Positions 1 through 8,400 of a stretch of 64,000 nt of DNA are shown piece after piece (within the stretch, counting starts at the first letter, position 1; the number at the start of each line of letters is the position of its first letter). Origin of the DNA: Elusimicrobia bacterium HGW-Elusimicrobia-1 (GTDB lineage Bacteria > Elusimicrobiota > Endomicrobiia > PHAN01); the NCBI GenBank assembly GCA_002841695.1, contig PHAN01000016.1, forward strand, positions 4,024-68,023. The letters run 5' to 3'. The translations under genes and the position numbers were made by a program. The notes beneath the pieces are model-generated. The model saw nothing but the letters and a program-made list of their open reading frames with translations, ran no database searches and was not told where the DNA came from.

Positions 1-51
1 TTTTGAATAATAAAACTTAATTCACGCGTCAATAAAGGCATTGGAGAAATC

Positions 52-1509
52 ATGGACAGAAACCTCGTTGAAAAAGTCACAAAACAAGTTATCGCCGACT
101 ACAGCCGCAAGTCCTCGTCGCCGCGAAAGATTATGGCGGTTTTTATGGGCGGAGACCGTAATCTCGACGATGCGCTGTCGGCCGTTCGCGAAATAGCCCG
201 CGCGGGCAACGAAACCAAAATCCTGATAACCCGCTCCGCCGCCTCCGTGATAGGCGTTGACAGAATCAAAAATACTACCGGCGTTTCCGACGTGATAATC
301 GACGACGGCAAACAGAATTCCGTGGCGCTTTCGTCGTGGCCGGATGCTCTGGTTATAGCCACCCTCACTCTGAACGGTCTTTCCAAAATAGCCAATCTCA
401 TAACCGACACGCTTCACTCCAATATCGTCGTAGGATGTCTTGAAAGACAAGTGCCGGTTATCGCCGCGCGCGACGCGGTTTTCTGCTCCTGCCATCCGGA
501 GCCGTCTTCCGCGAGCGGCCTGGCCAGAAAAGTCGAGTCGATGGTTTACGATCTCAAAAATATGGGCGTAACGGTGACCACCGCCAAAAATCTCGCCCGC
601 GATACGTCCTCGGCGACGGGCGCCCCAATCAAAAAAATTGAAGTTACCGTCGGAACGGCGGGAAAAGTGTTTTCGTACACGCCGCCCGCGGCCGTTGGCC
701 CGGCCGATAATTGTCCTGCTTTTAAGGATGGCGCGGACTGCGCTTCCTGCGGTAAGTGCATTGAGAAAAAACCCGGTTCCGTCGGCGCGGTAATATCGGC
801 CGGCGCCGACCGCGTAAGCGCCAGTGCGGGTACGCTTGCCCCCGGAAAACTCGCCAATTACATCGACCATACTCTCTTGAAAGCCAACGCCACTCAGGAA
901 GAAATCGGCAAACTCTGCGAAGAAGCCGCCAAATATAAGTTCGTTTCCGTTTGCGTGAACCCCGCCTACGTGGCGATGTCCGCGCAGCTTTTGCGCGGCT
1001 CCGGCGTTAAGGTGTGCACGGTAATAGGATTTCCTCTGGGAGCCACAACGCCCACGGTAAAAGCCATCGAGGCCAGAGACGCCATAGCCAACGGAGCCGA
1101 CGAGATAGATATGGTCATAAACGTCGGAGCCCTTAAAAGCGGAAACCATCAGTTGGTTCTTGAAGATATAAAAGCGGTGCGCGAAGCGACGCGCGGCAAA
1201 ATACTCAAAGTCATTCTTGAAACCGCGTATCTCACGCGCGAAGAAAAAATCAAGGCCTGCGAATTATCCAAAGCGGCCGCCGCGGATTTTGTTAAAACTT
1301 CCACCGGCTTCGGCCCGTCGGGCGCGACCGCCGAGGATATAAAACTTATGCGCGACACCGTCGGGCCGTCGATGGGCGTAAAGGCCTCGGGCGGTATTCG
1401 TTCCACCGCCGACGCGACGGCAATGGTCGCCGCGGGCGCCACGCGCATAGGCGCCTCCGCCAGCGTGGCCATAGTGATGGGCAAAGACGCCGGCGCGGGA
1501 AAATATTAA
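52..1509 (+). CDS. deoC: Deoxyribose-phosphate aldolase fused to an N-terminal encapsulation peptide, a flavoprotein-like domain and a Cys-rich linker
   Basis: C-terminal ~230 aa has DeoC motifs ([43 protein letters not shown]). The N-terminus is an amphipathic helix ([17 protein letters not shown]), followed by an HFCD flavoprotein-like region ([22 protein letters not shown]) and [16 protein letters not shown]. Confidence 0.92.
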   Translation: MDRNLVEKVTKQVIADYSRKSSSPRKIMAVFMGGDRNLDDALSAVREIARAGNETKILITRSAASVIGVDRIKNTTGVSDVIIDDGKQNSVALSSWPDALVIATLTLNGLSKIANLITDTLHSNIVVGCLERQVPVIAARDAVFCSCHPEPSSASGLARKVESMVYDLKNMGVTVTTAKNLARDTSSATGAPIKKIEVTVGTAGKVFSYTPPAAVGPADNCPAFKDGADCASCGKCIEKKPGSVGAVISAGADRVSASAGTLAPGKLANYIDHTLLKANATQEEIGKLCEEAAKYKFVSVCVNPAYVAMSAQLLRGSGVKVCTVIGFPLGATTPTVKAIEARDAIANGADEIDMVINVGALKSGNHQLVLEDIKAVREATRGKILKVILETAYLTREEKIKACELSKAAAADFVKTSTGFGPSGATAEDIKLMRDTVGPSMGVKASGGIRSTADATAMVAAGATRIGASASVAIVMGKDAGAGKY

Positions 1510-1513
1510 AAGC

Positions 1514-1598
1514 AGTGGCGAGTGGCTAGTGATTAGTGGATAGTAAAGTCAAGAAGTTTTTCTAGCCACTAGCCACTAATCACTAGTCACTAACCACC
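1514..1598. repeat. Inverted heptamer tandem repeat (AGTGGYT-like units, spacer, then reverse-complement units)
   Basis: agtggcg agtggct agtgatt agtggat ... agccact agccact aatcact agtcact aaccacc. Confidence 0.85.
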
Positions 1599-1613
1599 AT
1601 GGAGGTCGTAAAA

Positions 1614-1895
1614 ATGTCGGAAATCAAAGAAGCGTTGGGTATGATTGAAACCAGAGGGCTCATCGGAATGATTGAGGCCTCTGATGCCATGGTCAAAGCC
1701 GCCAAAGTCCGTCTCGTCGGATATGAAAAGATCGGCGCCGGATTGGTCACCTCTATGGTCAGAGGAGAGGTCGGAGCCGTTCGCGCCGCCGTGGAAGCCG
1801 GAGCCGCCGCCGCCCAGAAAGTCGGCGAACTCGTAAGCGTTCACGTGATACCGCGTCCGCACGAAGACGTTGAAAAAATAATCCCCAACAAATAA
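1614..1895 (+). CDS. BMC-H hexameric microcompartment shell protein (PduA/EutM-like)
   Basis: [26 protein letters not shown]...[10 protein letters not shown]...SVHVIPRPH is the Pfam BMC signature. GGAGG at 1601-1605 favours ATG 1614. Confidence 0.97.
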   Translation: MSEIKEALGMIETRGLIGMIEASDAMVKAAKVRLVGYEKIGAGLVTSMVRGEVGAVRAAVEAGAAAAQKVGELVSVHVIPRPHEDVEKIIPNK

Positions 1896-1898
1896 ACT

Positions 1899-1967
1899 TA
1901 CCGCATCGGCGAATGTCCGGCCGCCGTCCGCGTGTCGGCCGGCATCCTTGCGTTCCGGCGGTTTTTC
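1899..1967 (+). terminator. GC-rich hairpin with T tract after the shell gene (terminator or mRNA-stabilising stem)
   Basis: ccggccg...cggccgg inverted repeat, with ggcggttttt at the end. Confidence 0.4.
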
Positions 1968-1971
1968 GTAA

Positions 1972-2286
1972 ATGGATAAAAACGACATAGTCGACGTCGT
2001 GGCGGCCGTTCTTTCGTCCGCCCCCGCCCGCTCTTCCGGCGGCGAGCGGCCCGTTACGCCGTTTGGCGAGGCGGCCTCGCGGACGTATAAGTCCGGTGTT
2101 TACGCGTCAGGGTATCTGAAGCCGTTTACGGCGCTCAAAAGCGGTCGGCCTTTTCTGAGCGAGTACGACGTAAAGACAATGCTGAGTTCCAATCCGCGCG
2201 AAATAACGGTTCCCAAAAACGCCATTATCAGTCCGCTTGCCGAAGATCTTATACAGGAGAAAAACGTAAAAATCAATTATGTATGA
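1972..2286 (+). CDS. Small BMC-associated protein with a putative N-terminal encapsulation peptide
   Basis: N-terminal MDKNDIVDVVAAVLS helix and a low-complexity linker. The C-terminal LSEYDV...ITVPKNAIISPLAEDLIQEKNVKI motif resembles modules seen in BMC-locus accessory proteins. Confidence 0.7.
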   Translation: MDKNDIVDVVAAVLSSAPARSSGGERPVTPFGEAASRTYKSGVYASGYLKPFTALKSGRPFLSEYDVKTMLSSNPREITVPKNAIISPLAEDLIQEKNVKINYV

Positions 2287-3355
2287 CGTAAAAAAACTTC
2301 TTGGCGCGATGATCCGCAACAACATATCGGACATCCATCTTAAATCTGATTCCGCGCCCTTAGTAAGAGTCAACGGAGAGCTTGTCACCGCGTCCGAGGA
2401 AAAGATAACGGCTGAAACGATGAAAACAATCGTTGAATCGGTGCTTTTGCCCGATCAGGCCGAGAAGTTTCGCAGGGATTGCGACATAGATTTTGCATAC
2501 TCCGTCGAAGGTCTTTCGCGGTTCCGCGTCAATATGAGCATGGAAAGGGGTAATCCGTCCATTGTTCTTCGAGTTATTCCGACGGAAGTAAAAACCTTTG
2601 AGGAACTCAACCTCCCCGACGAAGCATTCAGAAAACTCGCCAACGAATCCCGCGGGCTCATACTGATAGCGGGAATAACCGGCTCCGGAAAAACAACCAC
2701 TCTCAACGCCATTATCAATCACATCAACGAAAATACGCGCGCGAAGATCGTTACCATAGAAGATCCTATCGAGTATTATCATTTCGACAAAAAATCGTCG
2801 ATCTCGCAGCGCGAAATCGGCCGCGACGCCAAATCGTTTGAGAGCGCGCTGAAATATTCTCTCAGACAGGACCCCGATATCATAGTGCTGGGCGAACTCA
2901 GAGATTCCGAGTCGATGAAAGCCGCCATACTGGCCGCCGAGACCGGGCATCTGGTGCTTTCCACCATCCACACCATAGATACTTCTCAGACGATAGACCG
3001 CATCATCAGTTCTTACCCTCCGCATCTTCAGTCGGGCGTATGCGCCCAACTCGCCTATGTGGTCAAGGGGATAGTGGCACAGCGTCTGGTGCCTTCCAAA
3101 GATTGCTCCGCGCAATACCCCATTTGCGAGATACTTATAGGCACGTCGCTTATAAAAAATATCATCGCGGAGAAAAAGCTCGGCGATATAGCCAAGGCGC
3201 TTGAACAGGGCTCTTTTTACGGTATGCGCACGTTCGACCAGGATATATACAAGCTTTTTACCGAAGGTAAGATTTCGTCGGAAACCGCGTTTGAAAACGC
3301 CACTAACGTAGACGATCTGTCTTTGCGGCTAAAGGGTATAGAGCGAACCTCATAA
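2279..3355 (+). CDS. pilT: PilT/PilU-family type IV pilus retraction ATPase
   Basis: SDIHL, Walker A GITGSGKTT, TIEDPIEY, QREIG, LRQDPD, GELRD, AAETGHLVLSTIHT, GMRTFDQ. Confidence 0.93.
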   Translation: MYDVKKLLGAMIRNNISDIHLKSDSAPLVRVNGELVTASEEKITAETMKTIVESVLLPDQAEKFRRDCDIDFAYSVEGLSRFRVNMSMERGNPSIVLRVIPTEVKTFEELNLPDEAFRKLANESRGLILIAGITGSGKTTTLNAIINHINENTRAKIVTIEDPIEYYHFDKKSSISQREIGRDAKSFESALKYSLRQDPDIIVLGELRDSESMKAAILAAETGHLVLSTIHTIDTSQTIDRIISSYPPHLQSGVCAQLAYVVKGIVAQRLVPSKDCSAQYPICEILIGTSLIKNIIAEKKLGDIAKALEQGSFYGMRTFDQDIYKLFTEGKISSETAFENATNVDDLSLRLKGIERTS

Positions 3356-3409
3356 AGGGACTTGCCTCCGCCCGCAGAGCCGACATCCGCAGTTGAAAGT
3401 CCGCGATCA

Positions 3410-5275
3410 ATGCTCAAAAAATGGGAATTTATCAGGCAGCCGGCGGAAAAAGATTCATCGCGCTGGCGTCTAAAACTCAAAATCGCCGAGGATGACGTCG
3501 ACAAAATCCTGGGCGAGCTGCCGGGCAATAAGGGAAGGCCGTTTCTGGTCGAGGACGGCGTCTTTGATTTCGGCGCGTATTTTTACAATCTCACGCAAAA
3601 CGACCACGCGGCCATAGCCGAAATACTCAAAAAGAAGTCGCCCGACGGCAAATGCGGCGGTTTTAACGAAGAAACCGAGGACGTTTTCGCTTCTCTGGCC
3701 GCCAAAATCGACGAATCCGCCCGCCTATCGCCGGTTTCTCAGGAATCCGCCAATCGTCCCGCGCCTCCTGCCGCGCCGCCATCCGGCCCACGCAACGGTC
3801 ATCACAACGGTAATAACGTCCCTGCTTCGCAGGCGGGCGCGGATGCTGCGGTCTCGCCGCAGGAAACTTATTCCGGCGCATTTCTCGTGGAGGATATGCC
3901 GCTTAATCCGGAGTATATTTTCGAGCAGTTTGTCGTGGGTTCCAATAATCGCTTTACCCACGCCGCCGCGCTCGCCGTGGCCAAGGCGCCCGGTAAAACT
4001 TACAATCCTTTCTTCATACACGGCGGCGTCGGCCTGGGTAAAACCCATTTGATGCAGTCCATCGGGCATTACGTCAAAAAAAACTTTCCGGATTTGAAGG
4101 TCCTCTATGTCACCACGGAGAAGTTCGTAGGCGACGTCATCGACGCCATAAGCCACGGCGAAAACAACGCTCTGAGGAACTTTTATAAAACCATCGACGT
4201 GCTTCTGGTCGACGATATACAGTCGCTGTCGCAATCCGAATCCATGCAGGACGAATTCTTTCATATTTTCAACCTGTTGCATCAGAATAAAAAACAGATA
4301 GTCATAACCTGCGACCGCCCGCCGAAACTTCTTAATATTCTGGAAGATCGGCTTCGCTCCCGTTTCGAGTGGGGGCTTATTGCCGATATGAAATCTCCCA
4401 CACTGGAAACAAGGGTCGCGATACTTAAGAAAAAAGAAGAAGCCGAGCATCTGGAACTCGACGATAATATACTGCTTTACATCGCTTCCAAGTTGAAATC
4501 CAATATAAGAGAACTCGAAGGTTTCCTGAAAAGAATAACCGCGTATTCCACGCTGACTAAGCAGGAAATCAATATTGCCCTGATAAAAACGCTTATGGCG
4601 GAACTTCTGCCCGGCGAGGAGAATCCGGATATTACCATGGCCGCCGAACAGGCAGCCAAGTCGCCTGTGCCGCAAATGCCGCCGCAGACAATTCCGAGTC
4701 AAAAAATACCCGAACACGATTCGCCCGAGCCGGAGCGTCCGTCTATGGATTCGCTTAGCGAGGCGGACATCAAAATAGTCCCCAAAGGCGTCCAATTTTC
4801 GCCCTCGCCGGCGCACACGATACCGCAGCCGGTTCATCAGCAGCCGTCCGTTCACGCCGCCGCGCACGCGTCATTGGATCCGACACTGCGTCCGGTTGAT
4901 GTGGTGTTCTTTTTTCCGTCGGGGAAAGAGAATGAACTGGCGAAAATAAAAGACAAGTTCGCCGAGGTCATCAAAAAACACAAACTCAAATTTCAACTCG
5001 TTTCCGTATTTGACAAACCATACGAAAATAAGGGCAAGATAAATTACGCCATGTTTACCGAACTCTGCAAGACAAACAAGGTCGGCATCTCCGTGGTGCT
5101 TGCGCCCCCGCCGGATGCGGGCATTCGGGAAGAGGATTTTGTCAATATTCTGGGAGCGATGATGAGCGATGAAAAAATATCTCTTCAACTGGTTCCGTGG
5201 AACGAGATAAACAAGGACTACCGCTATCTCAATCTGGCGTTGGATATAACACTTTCCGGCGCCGACGGCAAGTGA
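3410..5275 (+). CDS. DnaA-family AAA+ protein lacking domain IV, with unknown N- and C-terminal domains (alternative TTG start 3362)
   Basis: Intact DnaA domain III (YIFEQFVVGSNN, YNPFFIHGGVGLGKTHL, LLVDDIQ, RLRSRFEWGL, NIRELEG). No GGRDHTTV helix-turn-helix; a Pro-rich linker and a ~130 aa alpha/beta-like domain follow instead. Confidence 0.85.
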   Translation: MLKKWEFIRQPAEKDSSRWRLKLKIAEDDVDKILGELPGNKGRPFLVEDGVFDFGAYFYNLTQNDHAAIAEILKKKSPDGKCGGFNEETEDVFASLAAKIDESARLSPVSQESANRPAPPAAPPSGPRNGHHNGNNVPASQAGADAAVSPQETYSGAFLVEDMPLNPEYIFEQFVVGSNNRFTHAAALAVAKAPGKTYNPFFIHGGVGLGKTHLMQSIGHYVKKNFPDLKVLYVTTEKFVGDVIDAISHGENNALRNFYKTIDVLLVDDIQSLSQSESMQDEFFHIFNLLHQNKKQIVITCDRPPKLLNILEDRLRSRFEWGLIADMKSPTLETRVAILKKKEEAEHLELDDNILLYIASKLKSNIRELEGFLKRITAYSTLTKQEINIALIKTLMAELLPGEENPDITMAAEQAAKSPVPQMPPQTIPSQKIPEHDSPEPERPSMDSLSEADIKIVPKGVQFSPSPAHTIPQPVHQQPSVHAAAHASLDPTLRPVDVVFFFPSGKENELAKIKDKFAEVIKKHKLKFQLVSVFDKPYENKGKINYAMFTELCKTNKVGISVVLAPPPDAGIREEDFVNILGAMMSDEKISLQLVPWNEINKDYRYLNLALDITLSGADGK

Positions 5276-5285
5276 CGCCTCGACG

Positions 5286-6941
5286 ATGAAAAAAACGGGA
5301 TTTTTGCACTCTCTGATTCTTTTTGCTTTCGCCGTGCTGTGGGTCGGCGGCGGTTTGTGGATTACGGTCTGCGCTACGCGTTCCTATGCGGCCGCGCGCG
5401 CCGTATCGGCGGCGAAGTCGGCAGTTTCTTCAGGGACGTCGCGCGGCATATATGAGCATTTCGCATCGGAGAAGACACTGGTCAAGATCGGACGCGTATC
5501 CGCCAAAACGGGCGCGATAGAGAAGCCCGTGACAAAGACCTCGCGTATGCCGGTGGAGTTTTTCTCCGCGGAGTTCGAGGCAGGGGGGGAATATTACAGA
5601 ATGTGGTATGCGGCGGCGTTTTATCTGGATTCGCTCAAGCATAAGATGACGCCGGTGGCAATCGGTTGGGTAGTGTGGCTGTTCGCGGGACTTTTTGCGG
5701 CGCACTGGCTCAACAGAAAACTTTTATTCGATCCATTGGATGCCCTCTCGTCGATCGAATCCTCGCCCGCCAGAATTCCCAAGGCCATCGAGGCCGCCGC
5801 AAGGGCGGTTTTCGACGCGCGATCCCATCTGGCGCTTCATTCGGTGCACTCTTCCGTGTTGCTGCAGGCCGCCAAATCCATATCTTCGCACGTGGACCTC
5901 AATCACGCCGTCTCGCGCATACTCGACATAGTTGTGGAGAAATTCCCCGACACTTCCTGCTCCGTGACGTTTCTCGACGATGACGGTTTCATAAGAATAA
6001 AAAACACCCGCGGGCTTTCCGCCGAGTTTATCAAAAAAATCAAGCTTCGCCGGGGAGAGGGTTTTGCGGGGGAATGCGTTGAAACCAAAAAAACCATAGT
6101 GGTACAGGATACCGATAAGACGTCGAATGCGGCCACCGATAAATTTGTCGCCGGTGAAAACATCAAATCGTTCGTCCACGTTCCCATAGTCGTCGAAAAT
6201 CGCGCCATCGGGACATTCAATATCAACTCGTACAAGAAGGACTATTTTACCCGCGACATTCTCAGCGTGGCCGCCACGCTCAGCGAATATCTGTCCGTGG
6301 CCGTTTCCAACGCCAAACTCTACGAACGTCTGCGAGATTTCAACCGGCGTCTGGAATCGGAAGTGTCCTACACCACCAGCGAATTGCTCAAGACCAACGC
6401 GAAACTGGTGCGTAAAATCAGAACGATGAAGAGCGCCATGGAAATCTTCGGCTATTTTGAATCCGAATCCCCGTCGACCGAAATATTGACGAAAGTATTT
6501 ACCAAAATCCGCGACGTTGTCGGCGCCGATTTTATAGCGTTTGTCACTTGCGACGCGGCTTGCGGACGGTTTAGGCCGCTTTTCAGGGTATCGGGTCTCG
6601 GCGATAACGAAACCGCTTTCGGCCGGACGGAATATGCGCCCGCCGAAGTCCCGCCCGCCGCCGAAGCTTTGGCGTCCGGCCGGCCCGTCATCAAAAATTC
6701 CCCGACGTCCGACGCTAAATGGAAGATAGTTCCGGAAGGCGTATTCATCAAAACGTCGGCGGTTTTTCCCGTTTTTGCCGGAGGAACCGCCGCGGGAGCC
6801 ATAATACTGGCAAATAAAATCGGCGAAGGTTTCGACGACGCCGACGCGGAATTCGCAGTTATGGCGGCTTCCCGTCTGGGCGTTTATATACACTGCGAGT
6901 ACCACTGTCACAAAAAAACGCCCGTTGCGGCGAAAAAATAA
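5286..6941 (+). CDS. Membrane-anchored tandem GAF-domain sensor with no visible output domain
   Basis: Two hydrophobic segments, GAF motifs (GEGFAGEC, KSFVHVPIVVENRAIG, LSVAVSNAKLYE), a coiled coil, then a second GAF (AIILANKIGEGFDDAD). Confidence 0.75.
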   Translation: MKKTGFLHSLILFAFAVLWVGGGLWITVCATRSYAAARAVSAAKSAVSSGTSRGIYEHFASEKTLVKIGRVSAKTGAIEKPVTKTSRMPVEFFSAEFEAGGEYYRMWYAAAFYLDSLKHKMTPVAIGWVVWLFAGLFAAHWLNRKLLFDPLDALSSIESSPARIPKAIEAAARAVFDARSHLALHSVHSSVLLQAAKSISSHVDLNHAVSRILDIVVEKFPDTSCSVTFLDDDGFIRIKNTRGLSAEFIKKIKLRRGEGFAGECVETKKTIVVQDTDKTSNAATDKFVAGENIKSFVHVPIVVENRAIGTFNINSYKKDYFTRDILSVAATLSEYLSVAVSNAKLYERLRDFNRRLESEVSYTTSELLKTNAKLVRKIRTMKSAMEIFGYFESESPSTEILTKVFTKIRDVVGADFIAFVTCDAACGRFRPLFRVSGLGDNETAFGRTEYAPAEVPPAAEALASGRPVIKNSPTSDAKWKIVPEGVFIKTSAVFPVFAGGTAAGAIILANKIGEGFDDADAEFAVMAASRLGVYIHCEYHCHKKTPVAAKK

Positions 6942-6999
6942 TAATGCCTTGTCGATCCGGCCTCGCGCCGGCGGCGGCAAAAAACACGGAGGTTTTACA

Positions 7000-8178
7000 A
7001 TGCAAATCAGATTAGCCGACAGATTGTCGCGGCTCGGCACCGAAACAGCGTTTGAAGTCCTGGCCAAAGCGAAAGCGCTCGAGGCCAAGGGCAAGGAAAT
7101 GGTGCATCTTGAAATCGGCGAGCCGGATTTCGATACTCCTAAAAATATCCGCGACGCCGCCAAGAAAGCCATCGACGACGGATGGACGCATTACGGGCCG
7201 TCGGCCGGGCTTCCGGAACACCGCGCGGCGATAGCCGAATATATCTCAAAAACCCGCGGCATAAAAGTGCTCCCGGAGGAAGTGGTGGTTACACCCGGCG
7301 CCAAACCCATAATCTTCTACACTATGCTCACGGTGTTGAAACCCCGCGACGAGGTTATCTATCCTAACCCGGGTTTTCCGATATACGAGTCGATGATAAA
7401 ATTCGTCAGCGGCATACCCGTGCCCATTCCCCTGCGCGAAGAAAACGACTTTAACTTCGACATAAAAGAATTCAAAAAACTGGTTACGCCCAACACCAAG
7501 GTCATAATACTCAACTCGCCTCAGAACCCCACGGGCGGAGTTCTTCCCAGAAAAGTTCTCGAGGAGATAGCCGATATAGTTCTTCAGCGCGACGACATCG
7601 TCGTTCTTTCCGACGAGGTTTACTCCCGTATGCTCTACGACGGACAGGAACATTTTTCCATTGCGTCCATACCCGGAATGAAGGACCGCACGATAATAAT
7701 CGACGGATATTCCAAAACCTACGCGATGACGGGCTGGCGCGCGGGTTACGGCGTTATGAACAAGGAATACGCCGGCTGGATGACTAAACTTATGACCAAC
7801 TCCAATTCCTGCACGGCTTCTTTCACGCAGATGGCCTGCATAGAGGCGTTGCGCGGCGACCAGAGCGAGGTCGACAAAATGGTTGCGGAGTTTGCCCGCC
7901 GCAGGGATGTTATGGTCGAAGGATTGAATAAAATCCCCGGCGTGAAATGCAAAAAACCCAAGGGAGCGTTTTACGTGTTCCCGAACTTCAGCGAATTCGG
8001 AATGAAGTCCAAAGAAATGGAAGAGTTCCTGCTGGAAGAGGCCGGCGTGGCCGCGCTTGCGGGAACATCCTTCGGAGATTACGGCGAGGGATACATACGT
8101 TTCTCTTACGCCAATTCCGTGGAGAACATCAAAAAGGCGCTTTCTAAAATAGAAACGGCCCTGAAGCGTCTCCGCTGA
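7000..8178 (+). CDS. aspC: PLP-dependent class I/II aminotransferase (AspC-like)
   Basis: IGEPDF, NSPQNPTG, SDEVY, SKTYAMTGWRAG; GGAGG before ATG 7000. Confidence 0.9.
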   Translation: MQIRLADRLSRLGTETAFEVLAKAKALEAKGKEMVHLEIGEPDFDTPKNIRDAAKKAIDDGWTHYGPSAGLPEHRAAIAEYISKTRGIKVLPEEVVVTPGAKPIIFYTMLTVLKPRDEVIYPNPGFPIYESMIKFVSGIPVPIPLREENDFNFDIKEFKKLVTPNTKVIILNSPQNPTGGVLPRKVLEEIADIVLQRDDIVVLSDEVYSRMLYDGQEHFSIASIPGMKDRTIIIDGYSKTYAMTGWRAGYGVMNKEYAGWMTKLMTNSNSCTASFTQMACIEALRGDQSEVDKMVAEFARRRDVMVEGLNKIPGVKCKKPKGAFYVFPNFSEFGMKSKEMEEFLLEEAGVAALAGTSFGDYGEGYIRFSYANSVENIKKALSKIETALKRLR

Positions 8179-8188
8179 TAAAAAGCAT

Positions 8189-8217
8189 TTGACATCTCGT
8201 CGATAATTTCGTAGAAT
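8189..8217 (+). promoter_or_regulatory. Sigma70-type promoter for the transketolase/nucleoside catabolism operon
   Basis: TTGACA (8189-8194), 17 bp spacer, TAGAAT (8212-8217). Confidence 0.75.
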
Positions 8218-8400
8218 GTTCGGCTTTCCCCGATAGCCGCCGGGTTGTAGTTCTTCCGGCGGTCCGACGAAAATATCCACGCTTTGCGGATGGGCGTCGC
8301 GGCGCCGCTTCAAATCGCTTTCCCGACACAGTCGTTCCACAATATCAAAAGGAGGTCGGAAACCCTTCCAAAGAAAAAGACGGGGCTTCCGGTAATAACT

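Noticed and set aside
1514-1598. Heptamer arrays as a CRISPR array
   Set aside because: Units are 7 bp with no unique spacers, and no cas genes are present.
3362-5275. Calling this the chromosomal dnaA with a nearby oriC
   Set aside because: No domain IV, no dnaN/rpmH/gyrB neighbours, and no intergenic space with a DnaA-box cluster that I could see.
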